IMG/VR virus record: IMGVR_UViG_3300005096_000071
Span: 1 to 64,000 of that record
Strand: one strand, 5' to 3'
Origin: a virus
DNA: 64,000 bases
Shown here: piece after piece, positions 10,483 to 18,442 of the stretch
How the letters are laid out: every line of letters begins with the position of its first letter
How positions within the stretch are numbered: the first letter of the stretch is position 1
Program-made: the position numbers and the translations under genes
Notes under the pieces: model-generated
The model's database searches: none
Told to the model about the DNA's origin: nothing
The model's input: only the letters and a program-made list of their open reading frames with translations

Positions 10483-10725
10483 CTAAAACAGATCCGACCA
10501 TGCGGAGTAGCTCCCCTGCAGGCTCCGACGGACCCGCCAAGCCGAGCCGGGATCCTCCTTTGCGCACCGGTTAGCGCAAGCCTCGGCGTCGCTCAGGTGC
10601 GTAAACGAGTCCATGATGTCCCCCGGTCCCGTTTTGTCACCGTACGGCGCAGGGTTGGCGTGGACCGCCCCGACGGGGCTGGCGGAGTTCTCCGGATGGC
10701 GGATGGTGGCGTCGCTGTTGGTCAT
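10483..10725 (-). CDS. cassette protein (MTNSDAT..)
   Basis: Preceded by the repeated element, GCA-ATG. Confidence 0.75.
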   Translation of the reverse strand: MTNSDATIRHPENSASPVGAVHANPAPYGDKTGPGDIMDSFTHLSDAEACANRCAKEDPGSAWRVRRSLQGSYSAWSDLF

Positions 10726-10737
10726 TGCTCAGTGAGC

Positions 10738-10776
10738 GTACACTAACCCGGGCGCATTGCAACCGGGTTAGTGTAC
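10738..10776 (-). promoter_or_regulatory. repeated promoter/operator element 1 (perfect 14-bp inverted repeat)
   Basis: GTACACTAACCCGG-TTGCAATGCGC-CCGGGTTAGTGTAC; -10 TACGCT. Confidence 0.85.
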
Positions 10777-10780
10777 AAAG

Positions 10781-11110
10781 TCAAAACGAGTCGAAAGCCC
10801 GAATGATCTCGTCTAGTTCGGACCGTTTTATGACGATCCCGCTGGCGACCGTCAGTCGGACGACCCGATCATCTCCCCGAGAAACATCCCACGAGATGTC
10901 GGCCAACTCGAACCGACCCGCGACGACGATCGGACGACCGCGATCCGCCAGGTTCACGCGTGGAGCTTCGCGTGTGGGATGGCTCGCGCGTTGAGCCTGG
11001 AGCTGTCGCCGAAGCCTGATCACCTCGGCCTCGGCCGTCATTGCAGCGGAGCGCGCCTCGGCTATCACGGTGCCACACTCGCGTAGCACCTCGGATAGCA
11101 ACACGCTCAT
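10781..11110 (-). CDS. hypothetical protein
   Basis: Start overlaps the upstream stop (ATGA). Confidence 0.65.
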   Translation of the reverse strand: MSVLLSEVLRECGTVIAEARSAAMTAEAEVIRLRRQLQAQRASHPTREAPRVNLADRGRPIVVAGRFELADISWDVSRGDDRVVRLTVASGIVIKRSELDEIIRAFDSF

Positions 11111-11295
11111 CGGGAGTAGCTCCCCTCGCTGCTGCCCTGCTTTGGGACATGGACCGTGAGGGTCCCACTGGATGATGCGCTCCGGACCCTCAAGCCATAC
11201 GACCGCAGAATGTCGTCCGAGTAGCCCGCGCTGGCGCGGTTGAAGTTCGCGGACGGGGCGGCGGTGAGGTCGACCGTTTCGGAGTAGTTCGTCAT
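11107..11295 (-). CDS. cassette protein (MTNYSET..)
   Basis: Element plus GCA-ATG. Confidence 0.7.
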   Translation of the reverse strand: MTNYSETVDLTAAPSANFNRASAGYSDDILRSYGLRVRSASSSGTLTVHVPKQGSSEGSYSR

Positions 11296-11307
11296 TGCTC
11301 GATTAAC

Positions 11308-11347
11308 GTACACGATCACGGGCGGCAAATCAACCCTTGTCGTGCAC
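11308..11347 (-). promoter_or_regulatory. repeated element 2
   Basis: GTGCAC-N8-TTGATT-N17-TACGTT. Confidence 0.85.
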
Positions 11348-11656
11348 TTTCTTTGCGCGGCGTTTCTCTCGCTTGCGGGCGAGGTTGAGATCGTTCTGGC
11401 GCTTGTGCTCGCGAGCCTTCCGGATGTTCATCTCGCGCGCGGTCACCCGGATCTCCTCGCACGCGTCGGGATCGTCGAGGAGCGTGGCGAGTTGGGTCCA
11501 CTCGTCGTCGGGCGTCCCCTTGAGTGACATCAACCCCGATAGGATCCCAGCCTCCCCGGCCAGGGCGAGGAGCCGCAGACGGTAGGCGCCGATGTCAGCG
11601 CGGTGCTCTTCTTCCGCATCGAGGAGCGCCCGCCGTGCGAGTTCGTCGGGGTTCAC
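11330..11656 (-). CDS. hypothetical helical protein
   Basis: GTG start; stop lies inside element 2. Confidence 0.55.
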   Translation of the reverse strand: MNPDELARRALLDAEEEHRADIGAYRLRLLALAGEAGILSGLMSLKGTPDDEWTQLATLLDDPDACEEIRVTAREMNIRKAREHKRQNDLNLARKREKRRAKKVHDKG

Positions 11657-12194
11657 GCGTCCCGGCCCACCTGGTACAGATCGAAGAGAAGGTCCCTCGG
11701 GGGGAGGTGTTGGACGGTCCACAGCATGGCGGCGCGCTATTCCGGGACGGGTTCGAAGTCGGCGTGGAGTGTGCCCAGATGCTGAATAAACGCACCCTGG
11801 CAACTCTCACAGAGAGACATTGATCCGATCCTACCGTCGGCCCCCGGCTTGCGCTCGGTTGCGATGACGGTCGGCGGCGCGGCGCAGCGGCGACGGTAGC
11901 CGTTGGCGGGGTCGCCCGGGATCCCGCCCATCTGGAACGGCCCCGCGGTCGGGATCTCGGCCTGGCACCGTTCCAGGTCGGGCGGGGTCAGGGGGACCGG
12001 TTCTGCTTTTCCGAGTAAGAGATCGCCCATAGCTAGCTCGGGTGTGGGTACAAAGTGAACGACAGGCCGTCGAGGTCGACCCCGTGGCATTCGCAGCCAT
12101 CCAACGCGTCGCGGGCCTTTTGCTCGGCGGCCTCCTGGTCGACACCCGCAAGCGGTAAGTCTCCCACTATATCCTCCAGGTCGACCTCGATCGC

Positions 12195-12455
12195 TTAGGC
12201 GTGCTCGATACCCTCGACCGGGCCAGCCTTGGGCGACATCGAGCCGATCCCCTTCATGGCCCAGATGATGCCGTCGAACAGGGTCCAGACAGCGTTCGCG
12301 CTACCGCGCGGGCCGGTGATGTCGAGGCCGTCGGCGTCGATGTTGCTCACGGTCCCCTTGACGAACCCGACACCCTGGACGGAGATCTTCACTTTGTCGC
12401 CGACTTTGAGGTCGAGGAGCGTTTTGGCGGTGTCGGTGGCGGTTGCGTTGGTCAT
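12195..12455 (-). CDS. cassette protein (MTNATAT..), SH3/KOW-like
   Basis: LKVGDKVKI..GTVSNID; element upstream. Confidence 0.75.
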   Translation of the reverse strand: MTNATATDTAKTLLDLKVGDKVKISVQGVGFVKGTVSNIDADGLDITGPRGSANAVWTLFDGIIWAMKGIGSMSPKAGPVEGIEHA

Positions 12456-12467
12456 TGCTCCGATAAT

Positions 12468-12506
12468 GTACACTGCCCCGGGCGCACTGCAACCCCCGGG
12501 GTGCAC
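12468..12506 (-). promoter_or_regulatory. repeated element 3
   Basis: GTGCAC-N8-TTGCAG-N16-TACATT. Confidence 0.9.
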
Positions 12507-12516
12507 TTTGTTCGAA

Positions 12517-12732
12517 CTATTTCGCGGGCCCCTCGATCCGGATCTCTTTGTTGTAGTGAGCGTGGGCGGAGATGAGGCCGTGCTGCTGGAGTTCGGCGCA
12601 CACGCGGATGGTGGCTTTCGCGTTGCGGCTGAAGGTGAGATGCTTGCCAGCGGCGAAGTACGCGCCCCATCGCTTCATAAAGCGGGTGGCTTTGGGAGAT
12701 AGTTCGGCGGGGGTGGTGTCGGCGTTCGTCAT
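12517..12732 (-). CDS. cassette protein (MTNADTT..), possibly winged-helix
   Basis: Element upstream; CAELQQHGLIS motif. Confidence 0.7.
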   Translation of the reverse strand: MTNADTTPAELSPKATRFMKRWGAYFAAGKHLTFSRNAKATIRVCAELQQHGLISAHAHYNKEIRIEGPAK

Positions 12733-12744
12733 TGCCTGTACATA

Positions 12745-12783
12745 GTACACCATCACGCGGGCATTGCAACCGGGGTAGTGCAC
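12745..12783 (-). promoter_or_regulatory. repeated element 4
   Basis: GTGCAC-N8-TTGCAA-N16-TACTAT. Confidence 0.9.
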
Positions 12784-12873
12784 TTTATCGTGCTCGCGAT
12801 CGAGACGATCGCTCGCTGGCCCGCCGGGCGTCCAGCAAGGGGACCCCCCCTCCCGCGTGGGGCGCGCCCGGCC

Positions 12874-13065
12874 CTAGCAGTGGGCGAGCCAGTTGGTAGC
12901 CTCGGCGGCGGTATCGAAGGTCTCGCGGTGAGAGTGGAGCCGGCCCGTCTCAAGGCTGGTCCAGTCGGTCACCACGTGCCAGACCTTTGCGGCCAGGCCT
13001 TGCTTGGCTACGATTCCGGTCTCGATGCGGCGGGTCTTGGCGGGGGTTGGCGTCGTGTCGGTCAT
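12874..13065 (-). CDS. cassette protein (MTDTTPT..)
   Basis: Element upstream; FDTAAEATNWL motif. Confidence 0.75.
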   Translation of the reverse strand: MTDTTPTPAKTRRIETGIVAKQGLAAKVWHVVTDWTSLETGRLHSHRETFDTAAEATNWLAHC

Positions 13066-13077
13066 TGCTCAGCCATC

Positions 13078-13115
13078 GTACACTATCACGGGCGCATTAC
13101 AACCGTGGCGTGCAC
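13078..13115 (-). promoter_or_regulatory. repeated element 5
   Basis: GTGCAC-N7-TTGTAA-N16-TACGAT. Confidence 0.85.
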
Positions 13116-13380
13116 TTTGTTTGAAGAAAGATCAGCCGACCCGCGGCAACCCCTGCCGGTAGGCGCTCGCGACCATCCGGCCCCATGGCGTGATCGACAC
13201 AAGCGGGGTCTCTTCGGGGCCGTCGGGCCACTCGATCGCGAGCACGTAGTCCACGATCAAGCCCGCGTCATAGAGCGCGTACCGTGTTCAACTCACGCGG
13301 GGCCGTCCCCTCGGGCCGAGCTGATAGGCGTATCAGCGCGGTGCACATCGGGCGCGTGACGTCGTTCCGGTTCGCTGGCC

Positions 13381-13623
13381 TCACACCGGCGATGCCCCGC
13401 GCGGCGTACCGGGCGGGGCTGGGCGCTGGTGGCTCCGCACGTCCAGGTTGCTCTCGTGCTCGATACCCTCGACGGCAAACGAGGTGGCGAAGAAGTACAG
13501 GCGCGCGATCTTGTGGCCGTGGGTGTTGGTCTCGACTCGCCAACCGTCGATCGTGGTGTTGTTGAAGTCACCAACGAAGGTGCGGGCGGCGGCTCGGGTT
13601 CAGATGTCGTTGCGCGTTGTCAT
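13381..13623 (-). pseudogene. cassette ORF with in-frame TGA at codon 8
   Basis: MTTRNDI*TRAAARTFVGDFNNTTIDGWRVE..; TGA at 13602-13600. Confidence 0.65.
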
Positions 13624-13635
13624 TGCTCAATCAAT

Positions 13636-13674
13636 GTACACTACTGGGAGCGGATCGCAAGTAGTGCGGTGCAC
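13636..13674 (-). promoter_or_regulatory. repeated element 6
   Basis: GTGCAC-N8-TTGCGA-N16-TACATT. Confidence 0.9.
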
Positions 13675-13716
13675 TTTATCCGAAGGAAGATGAGGATTCC
13701 ACCGCCACACCGGGGC

Positions 13717-13923
13717 CTATGCCTCAAAGGAGGATGGGTCGGAGCAGTAGCCCTTGGCGCGGTGTGTGGCGACAAGTAACCCCGCGGTGTGCTCGGATAC
13801 CAAGCCGAGGACCTTGAGGTGCCTCACGGCGGCCGGCGAGAAGTCGCGAACACGACGAGAACCGGTGCGAAGTGAGGCAAGGGTTGCGCGGCAGGAGAGA
13901 GTAATGGCGGTCGGCGTCGGCAT
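13717..13923 (-). CDS. cassette protein (MPTPTAI..), winged-helix-like
   Basis: AVRHLKVLGLVS..LVATHRA; element upstream. Confidence 0.65.
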   Translation of the reverse strand: MPTPTAITLSCRATLASLRTGSRRVRDFSPAAVRHLKVLGLVSEHTAGLLVATHRAKGYCSDPSSFEA

Positions 13924-13935
13924 TGCTCCACTGTT

Positions 13936-13974
13936 GTACACTATCCCGCGACGCATGCAAGCGCCGCGGTGCAC
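13936..13974 (-). promoter_or_regulatory. repeated element 7
   Basis: GTGCAC-N8-TTGCAT-N16-TACAAC. Confidence 0.85.
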
Positions 13975-13990
13975 TTTGTTTGAAGAAAGA

Positions 13991-14239
13991 TCAGAAGTCG
14001 ATCGGCGGGGCCGGGAGCAGCGGCCCGGACTCCCGTTTGGTCCGGCCGATCATCTGCGGCCAGAGGATCGTGCGGTACAGGCCCGACATCGTGTCGTCCC
14101 GGATCGACGGCATCAGGCACTCCAGGAACCGCGACAACGTCCAGATCCACACGTGGTGCTGATACCCGCCACGGGCGGCGAGCTTGCGGGCCACACGTCG
14201 CGGCCGCTTGCGGCGCGGTGCCTTGGCTCGGAGCTTCAT
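13991..14239 (-). CDS. basic hypothetical protein
   Basis: Coupled start; shares the APRRKRPRRxAxKLA motif with 36644-36871. Confidence 0.6.
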   Translation of the reverse strand: MKLRAKAPRRKRPRRVARKLAARGGYQHHVWIWTLSRFLECLMPSIRDDTMSGLYRTILWPQMIGRTKRESGPLLPAPPIDF

Positions 14240-14555
14240 GTGCCAACCCCGGTCCTGCGGATGGTGAACTCGACGCGCTCACCAGAAGTCGTCACCGCCG
14301 GGATCGTCTCGCCGTCGATCAATTCTAGCAGGGAACGATCCCCCGCACTTGGCCGACGGAACGAACCGTGCACGAGCAACCCGAGCCCTGCTTGCCCGAA
14401 TGTCAGACCGACCTGAACCGTGATCCGTGGCATCAGCCAACCCCCACGAACGTGCACGAACCCCGGCGATCCGCATCGTCGGCCAGCCACGACTCGGCGG
14501 CGGGCGGAACAGAGCGACTCCAAACGATTTTTTCTGCGGCCATTGCTCAGTTAAT

Positions 14556-14602
14556 ATACACGGCACACGGCACACGAGCACGGCGCAACCCGGTTCGTGC
14601 AC
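14556..14602 (-). promoter_or_regulatory. repeated element 8, spacer lengthened by a 7-bp duplication
   Basis: GTGCAC-N8-TTGCGC-N24-TATATT; CACGGCA twice on the + strand. Confidence 0.7.
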
Positions 14603-14762
14603 TTTATTCGGTCTTTTCTCGGGGTCAACGCGCGCGCGCGATCTAGAGATCAAACGCCGATCCGGTCGGTCCCAAAACGCCGATCCGGGCTGGCTGACTC
14701 GTTTTGCGGGGCTCGAACGCCGGTCGCGAAAAACCCCCGGGGCTCGGAGCCGCACGGGGGAA

Positions 14763-14834
14763 TGTTCACGGTAGGATTCGAACCTACAAAATCCCGGGCG
14801 AGAGCCCGGAGCTTTGCCGTTTGCTTACGTGAAC
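14763..14834 (-). tRNA. tRNA-like gene, Glu(CTC)-like with a 6-nt anticodon loop
   Basis: GTTCACG/CGTGAAC acceptor, AGC/GCT D stem, CCGGG-CTCTCG-CCCGG, GTAGG-TTCGAAT-CCTAC. Confidence 0.7.
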
Positions 14835-14838
14835 GAAG

Positions 14839-14921
14839 ATGAGACCGCGGCCCACTGCGCGCTCGTGCCCATAATCGGGCGCTCACCGTCTGCAATGACT
14901 CACAGGGGCCAGCGGTCTCAT
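14839..14921 (-). ncRNA. putative structured RNA (multi-branch hairpin)
   Basis: ATGAGACCGC/GCGGTCTCAT and GGCCC/GGGCC stems with internal hairpins. Confidence 0.4.
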
Positions 14922-14975
14922 TGCCGATGCCCCGGCCGATTGCTCGGTCGGGGCTGGCTCGGACTCAGCAGCGGG

Positions 14976-15125
14976 TTAGCTCGCGACCCACTCGCTGAAC
15001 GTTTTGGCACCCTGGACACCATGGCAGTCCAGGTAGATCTCGTATTCCCACTGGAGCCTTTGCGGCGCGTCGGATGCGGCGGAGAGTAGGGAGCGGTACT
15101 TGCGGGTGGCGGCTGCGTTGGTCAT
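14976..15125 (-). CDS. 49-aa cassette protein (MTNAAAT..EYEIYLDC..KTFSEWVAS)
   Basis: Translated by hand; element upstream. Confidence 0.7.
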   Translation of the reverse strand: MTNAAATRKYRSLLSAASDAPQRLQWEYEIYLDCHGVQGAKTFSEWVAS

Positions 15126-15137
15126 TGCCTAGACACC

Positions 15138-15176
15138 GTACACCATCGGGCGAGCATTGCAACCCCGGTGGTGCAC
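15138..15176 (-). promoter_or_regulatory. repeated element 9
   Basis: GTGCAC-N8-TTGCAA-N16-TACGGT. Confidence 0.9.
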
Positions 15177-15190
15177 TTTGTCCGATGTTC

Positions 15191-15493
15191 CTACAGGCGC
15201 CCGATGGACTGGACGATCTCCACGTTGCCGTTTCGGCGGCGGAGCGCCATATAGAGCGTTTTGGCGCGGGGGCTGTCGAGGACGACACCGAGATCTTCGG
15301 CCATGGATGGGGCCGCGCGGCGGGTGTTGGGTCCTGCGCAGGTGGCAACGTGCACGCGGTAGGTGCGCCCGTTTGTCGCGGTTACCAGGGAGCCAACGGC
15401 GGTCGGCGTGATGGCGGCTTGGCGGTAGGCCTCGGCGGCCACGAAAGCGGTGTGGGCGGTCAGGGCGGCGGCGGAGTCGGTTGCGTTCGTCAT
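15191..15493 (-). CDS. cassette protein (MTNATDS..)
   Basis: Element upstream. Confidence 0.75.
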   Translation of the reverse strand: MTNATDSAAALTAHTAFVAAEAYRQAAITPTAVGSLVTATNGRTYRVHVATCAGPNTRRAAPSMAEDLGVVLDSPRAKTLYMALRRRNGNVEIVQSIGRL

Positions 15494-15505
15494 TGCAAGG
15501 TCACT

Positions 15506-15544
15506 GTACACTATCGGGGAGCGGTTGCAAGGTCGGTGGTGCAC
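15506..15544 (-). promoter_or_regulatory. repeated element 10
   Basis: GTGCAC-N8-TTGCAA-N16-TACAGT. Confidence 0.9.
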
Positions 15545-15699
15545 TTTGTTCGAAGTGTGTTTCAGGCGGCGGCAGCTGCCAGGGACTGAACGGCGCACAC
15601 CGCTCTACTGGTGCGTCGGACAGTGGCCCGTGTCTCCTCGCCGTAGAGTTCCAACTCGTCGCCGAGGGCCAGCATCGCATCGGAAAGGGATGCGGCGGC

Positions 15700-15920
15700 G
15701 GCGGACGCACGGTCACAGCAAAACGGGACGCACTCGTGCCGTCGAACGACGTGGCCCCGTGGTGACTGCAGAGCGAGATCCGCTTGCGGGTGTTGACCCG
15801 CCCGACATGGACGACGCAGCCATGCTCGCGGCCAAGGTCGCACCACTCGGGCAGGCTCTGTAACTTCCAATCGGTAGACCCACCGATGAAGATCCCGACG
15901 CGCTCGCCGAGCAAAGGAGC
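15700..15920 (-). pseudogene. C-terminal fragment of a phage TIM-barrel (tRNA-guanine transglycosylase-like) protein
   Basis: GIFIGGSTDWK..HVGRVNT.KR..SFDGTS motifs; in-frame stop about 25 codons upstream. Confidence 0.45.
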
Positions 15921-16142
15921 GTACCGGATGTACCGGATGCGACCATGACGCGATCTCCGCGTCTTTCTCCATGGTCGACTGTGAGCCTATGTGGGTCGTC
16001 ACCATCCGCGCGCTTGCTGGCCGATTCCGCGCACCGGTCGAGGTCGAGGACTCAGCCAGCGACCTGCAGAGCGCGGGGGAAGGGGCCCAACGCTCCTACC
16101 TACTGCGGCTCGGCCGTGGTGACATCCGCCACGCGTAATAAA

Positions 16143-16182
16143 GTGCACATATTCACTTGCGCTCCACCCGGTAGTAGTGCAC
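16143..16182 (+). promoter_or_regulatory. repeated element 11
   Basis: GTGCAC-N8-TTGCGC-N17-CACAGT. Confidence 0.8.
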
Positions 16183-16194
16183 AGTAGTGGAGCA

Positions 16195-16551
16195 ATGACG
16201 ATGACAGCGCCAACCGCCGCCAATCCTGCCAAGCTCTCCGACGGATCGTGGGGCGCCCGCGTCAAGGGTGCCGTCTCCATCGGAGACGAGTTGCTCGTTA
16301 CCACCCGCGCGGGCAAGTCTTGGGCCGCGACCGTGGCGGACGTCGTGAGTGAGCGTGACGGAGTCTCGCTGGTCTCGACCGAAAGCCGCAAGGCTGCCCC
16401 GAGGCGCGGTAGTTCGAGGCGCAGCTCGGGGGGAATCTGTGATAACTGCGACGAGCCGCGGCGGAATCTCCAGTCGGCTGTCGACACCTCGGGCATCGGG
16501 GGACGGGTCTGCCCTAGATGCGTACGCGAGGGGGACCTCAGTTTCGCGTAA
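16195..16551 (+). CDS. cassette protein with C-terminal CxxC..CxxC; paralog of 47649-48152
   Basis: KLSDGSWGARV..GDELLV..GKS. Confidence 0.75.
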   Translation: MTMTAPTAANPAKLSDGSWGARVKGAVSIGDELLVTTRAGKSWAATVADVVSERDGVSLVSTESRKAAPRRGSSRRSSGGICDNCDEPRRNLQSAVDTSGIGGRVCPRCVREGDLSFA

Positions 16552-16834
16552 AAAAGCGCACGGGGCCGGCTCCGCCGAGTTGCGTAGGTCGCAACTCGGG
16601 TCCATTCGTCCATTCGGCGCACCCCGAGTTCCTTACTGTCTCGATCGCTCACGAGCGGCGTAGTCCTCCGCTGCCTGATCGACCATTTCGCGCGTGACGA
16701 ACTCCTGTGCTGGACCCTACCAAATCGTGGAAAGGCGTCACCGACCCAGGCAGTCTACGGCAGCAAAACTGCAGGCCAGCCAGCTGGCTGGCCTGCGACT
16801 CGGCCGGGCGACACCTGATCTTTCTTCGGAAAAA

Positions 16835-16873
16835 GTGCACAACCCCGCTTGCACCTCGACCACGATAGTGTAC
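16835..16873 (+). promoter_or_regulatory. repeated element 12
   Basis: GTGCAC-N8-TTGCAC-N16-TACAGT. Confidence 0.9.
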
Positions 16874-16885
16874 AGTGACTGAGCA

Positions 16886-17068
16886 ATGACAAACGCAAAC
16901 AACACCGCCCTCATCGAGACCCTCACCACCGCAGACCAGGCTCGCGCCGACGCCATCACAGCCGCACGTCTTATGGACGACCCAGAGCCCTATGTCTCGA
17001 CCGAGGATCCAGTGAGACGCGGTTGGGGTTACGGCGAAGCGTGGCTCGCTGAAGAGAACCAAGGATGA
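16886..17068 (+). CDS. cassette protein (MTNANNT..)
   Basis: Element upstream. Confidence 0.7.
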   Translation: MTNANNTALIETLTTADQARADAITAARLMDDPEPYVSTEDPVRRGWGYGEAWLAEENQG

Positions 17069-17072
17069 ATAG

Positions 17073-17549
17073 ATGCCTACACCTGAACCGAACATCACCT
17101 TAGAGACCCTCGGTGGTGACACCGAGGACGCGATCGCGGCGATCGGTCGCGCGTGCGAGTCCGCCGCGATCGCGTTCGAGTCCGAGATACAGCCACAGCG
17201 CAAGGGCGACGCCGAGGAACAGGAGCGAACCACACACGACATCGGGAACGCAGTGGAGGGTTTCCGCGCAGGGTTCGGAGCTGGCGCAGTGTCGGTGCTC
17301 GATGCTGTCCTGAACGCGTTCGGTGGCGAGCAGGCCGCCGAGATCGCGAAGCTCATTGGGGGCGACCACACCTTCGCAGCTCACCTCGACCTAGCCGCGA
17401 CGGGCCTCGCCAAGCCAACCCCTCCACCCCCGGACGTGTTCTTGCGCACCGCGGCAGATATTCTATGGGAGGTCAGCGACGAGCTAGGCATTGCGATGGT
17501 GGCCGACTACCTTTGCTCACTGGCGCACCTATCCAAAGGCAGCTCCTGA
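17073..17549 (+). CDS. hypothetical protein
   Basis: AAGGA RBS, tiles. Confidence 0.65.
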   Translation: MPTPEPNITLETLGGDTEDAIAAIGRACESAAIAFESEIQPQRKGDAEEQERTTHDIGNAVEGFRAGFGAGAVSVLDAVLNAFGGEQAAEIAKLIGGDHTFAAHLDLAATGLAKPTPPPPDVFLRTAADILWEVSDELGIAMVADYLCSLAHLSKGSS

Positions 17550-17747
17550 TGTCGTGCGCACCCTACGGCCACAACCCCATCAGAAACACGGCAGACCTCC
17601 CCGCCGAGGTACGGATGGAATTGCTCGCCGCCGACGCTGGCGGGCGCCCGCTTCACGCGATCGCACAGGTCTGCCGCGAGTGCGGCGTGGTGTTCGTCGC
17701 CGCCGAGGCCCTCGCCCCTTTGACCGACCTCGTTAGGGCAAGTACCG

Positions 17748-18401
17748 GTGGGTAGGCCTAGGCCAGGGCGACCGGTGCTCCGGCACGCGGGTAGGGCGGC
17801 CGAAACGGAGGCCCGGATGATCGAGGCTACGCGGCTCGATCCCCCGACGCACTCGGGGCGCACGCTCGTGGCGCTCCACATCGGGACCCACGAAAGCGTG
17901 GTGGGTCTTATGGCCGCCACGCGCTCCGGCCTCAATGCGTTCCGGACCTCCGAGGGTGCCATGATAGGCCGCGCCGATCTCATCGCGGCCGCGGAGTACA
18001 TAGACGGGCTGGGGCCGAGCCTGACCCTGATCCAACGCCGAGCGCTCTGGGCTGGCGCTCGCGATGCTCGCACCCTGAAGACCGTTCGATCGTTGGAGGG
18101 CCGCGGGCTAGCTAAACACGACCCCGACGCCAACACGGTGGCTCTGACCGGGCTCGGCCAGTACGTCGCCGAGGCTGTCGCGTTCATCGGGAAAGCCCGC
18201 TGGCGGGCGCCGTGGTTCATGAGGCTGGCCGCCGAGGAGTGGCCCGAGGACGCCGAGGCCGTGACGACAGAGCCGCGCCCGATCGGGTTCGTCGGAGCAT
18301 CGAACCGGATGAGGGAGCGCCACCGCGGGATCGCGGCCGCACTCGATCGGCTACTGCCGGATCTCGAACGGTCTGAGCTGTTTCGCGACAGTGCACTTTA
18401 G
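17748..18401 (+). CDS. hypothetical protein with a winged-helix-like segment
   Basis: TVRSLEGRGLA..LTGLG; stop lies inside element 13. Confidence 0.55.
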   Translation: MGRPRPGRPVLRHAGRAAETEARMIEATRLDPPTHSGRTLVALHIGTHESVVGLMAATRSGLNAFRTSEGAMIGRADLIAAAEYIDGLGPSLTLIQRRALWAGARDARTLKTVRSLEGRGLAKHDPDANTVALTGLGQYVAEAVAFIGKARWRAPWFMRLAAEEWPEDAEAVTTEPRPIGFVGASNRMRERHRGIAAALDRLLPDLERSELFRDSAL

Positions 18402-18430
18402 AGGTTGCGGCCTCGCGCTGGGTCGTGTAC
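18391..18430 (+). promoter_or_regulatory. repeated element 13
   Basis: GTGCAC-N8-TTGCGG-N17-TACGTT. Confidence 0.85.
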
Positions 18431-18442
18431 GTTGGGGGAGCA

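Noticed and set aside
10738-16873. CRISPR array
   Set aside because: Copies are degenerate, hundreds of bp apart, separated by whole ORFs and on both strands; no cas genes seen
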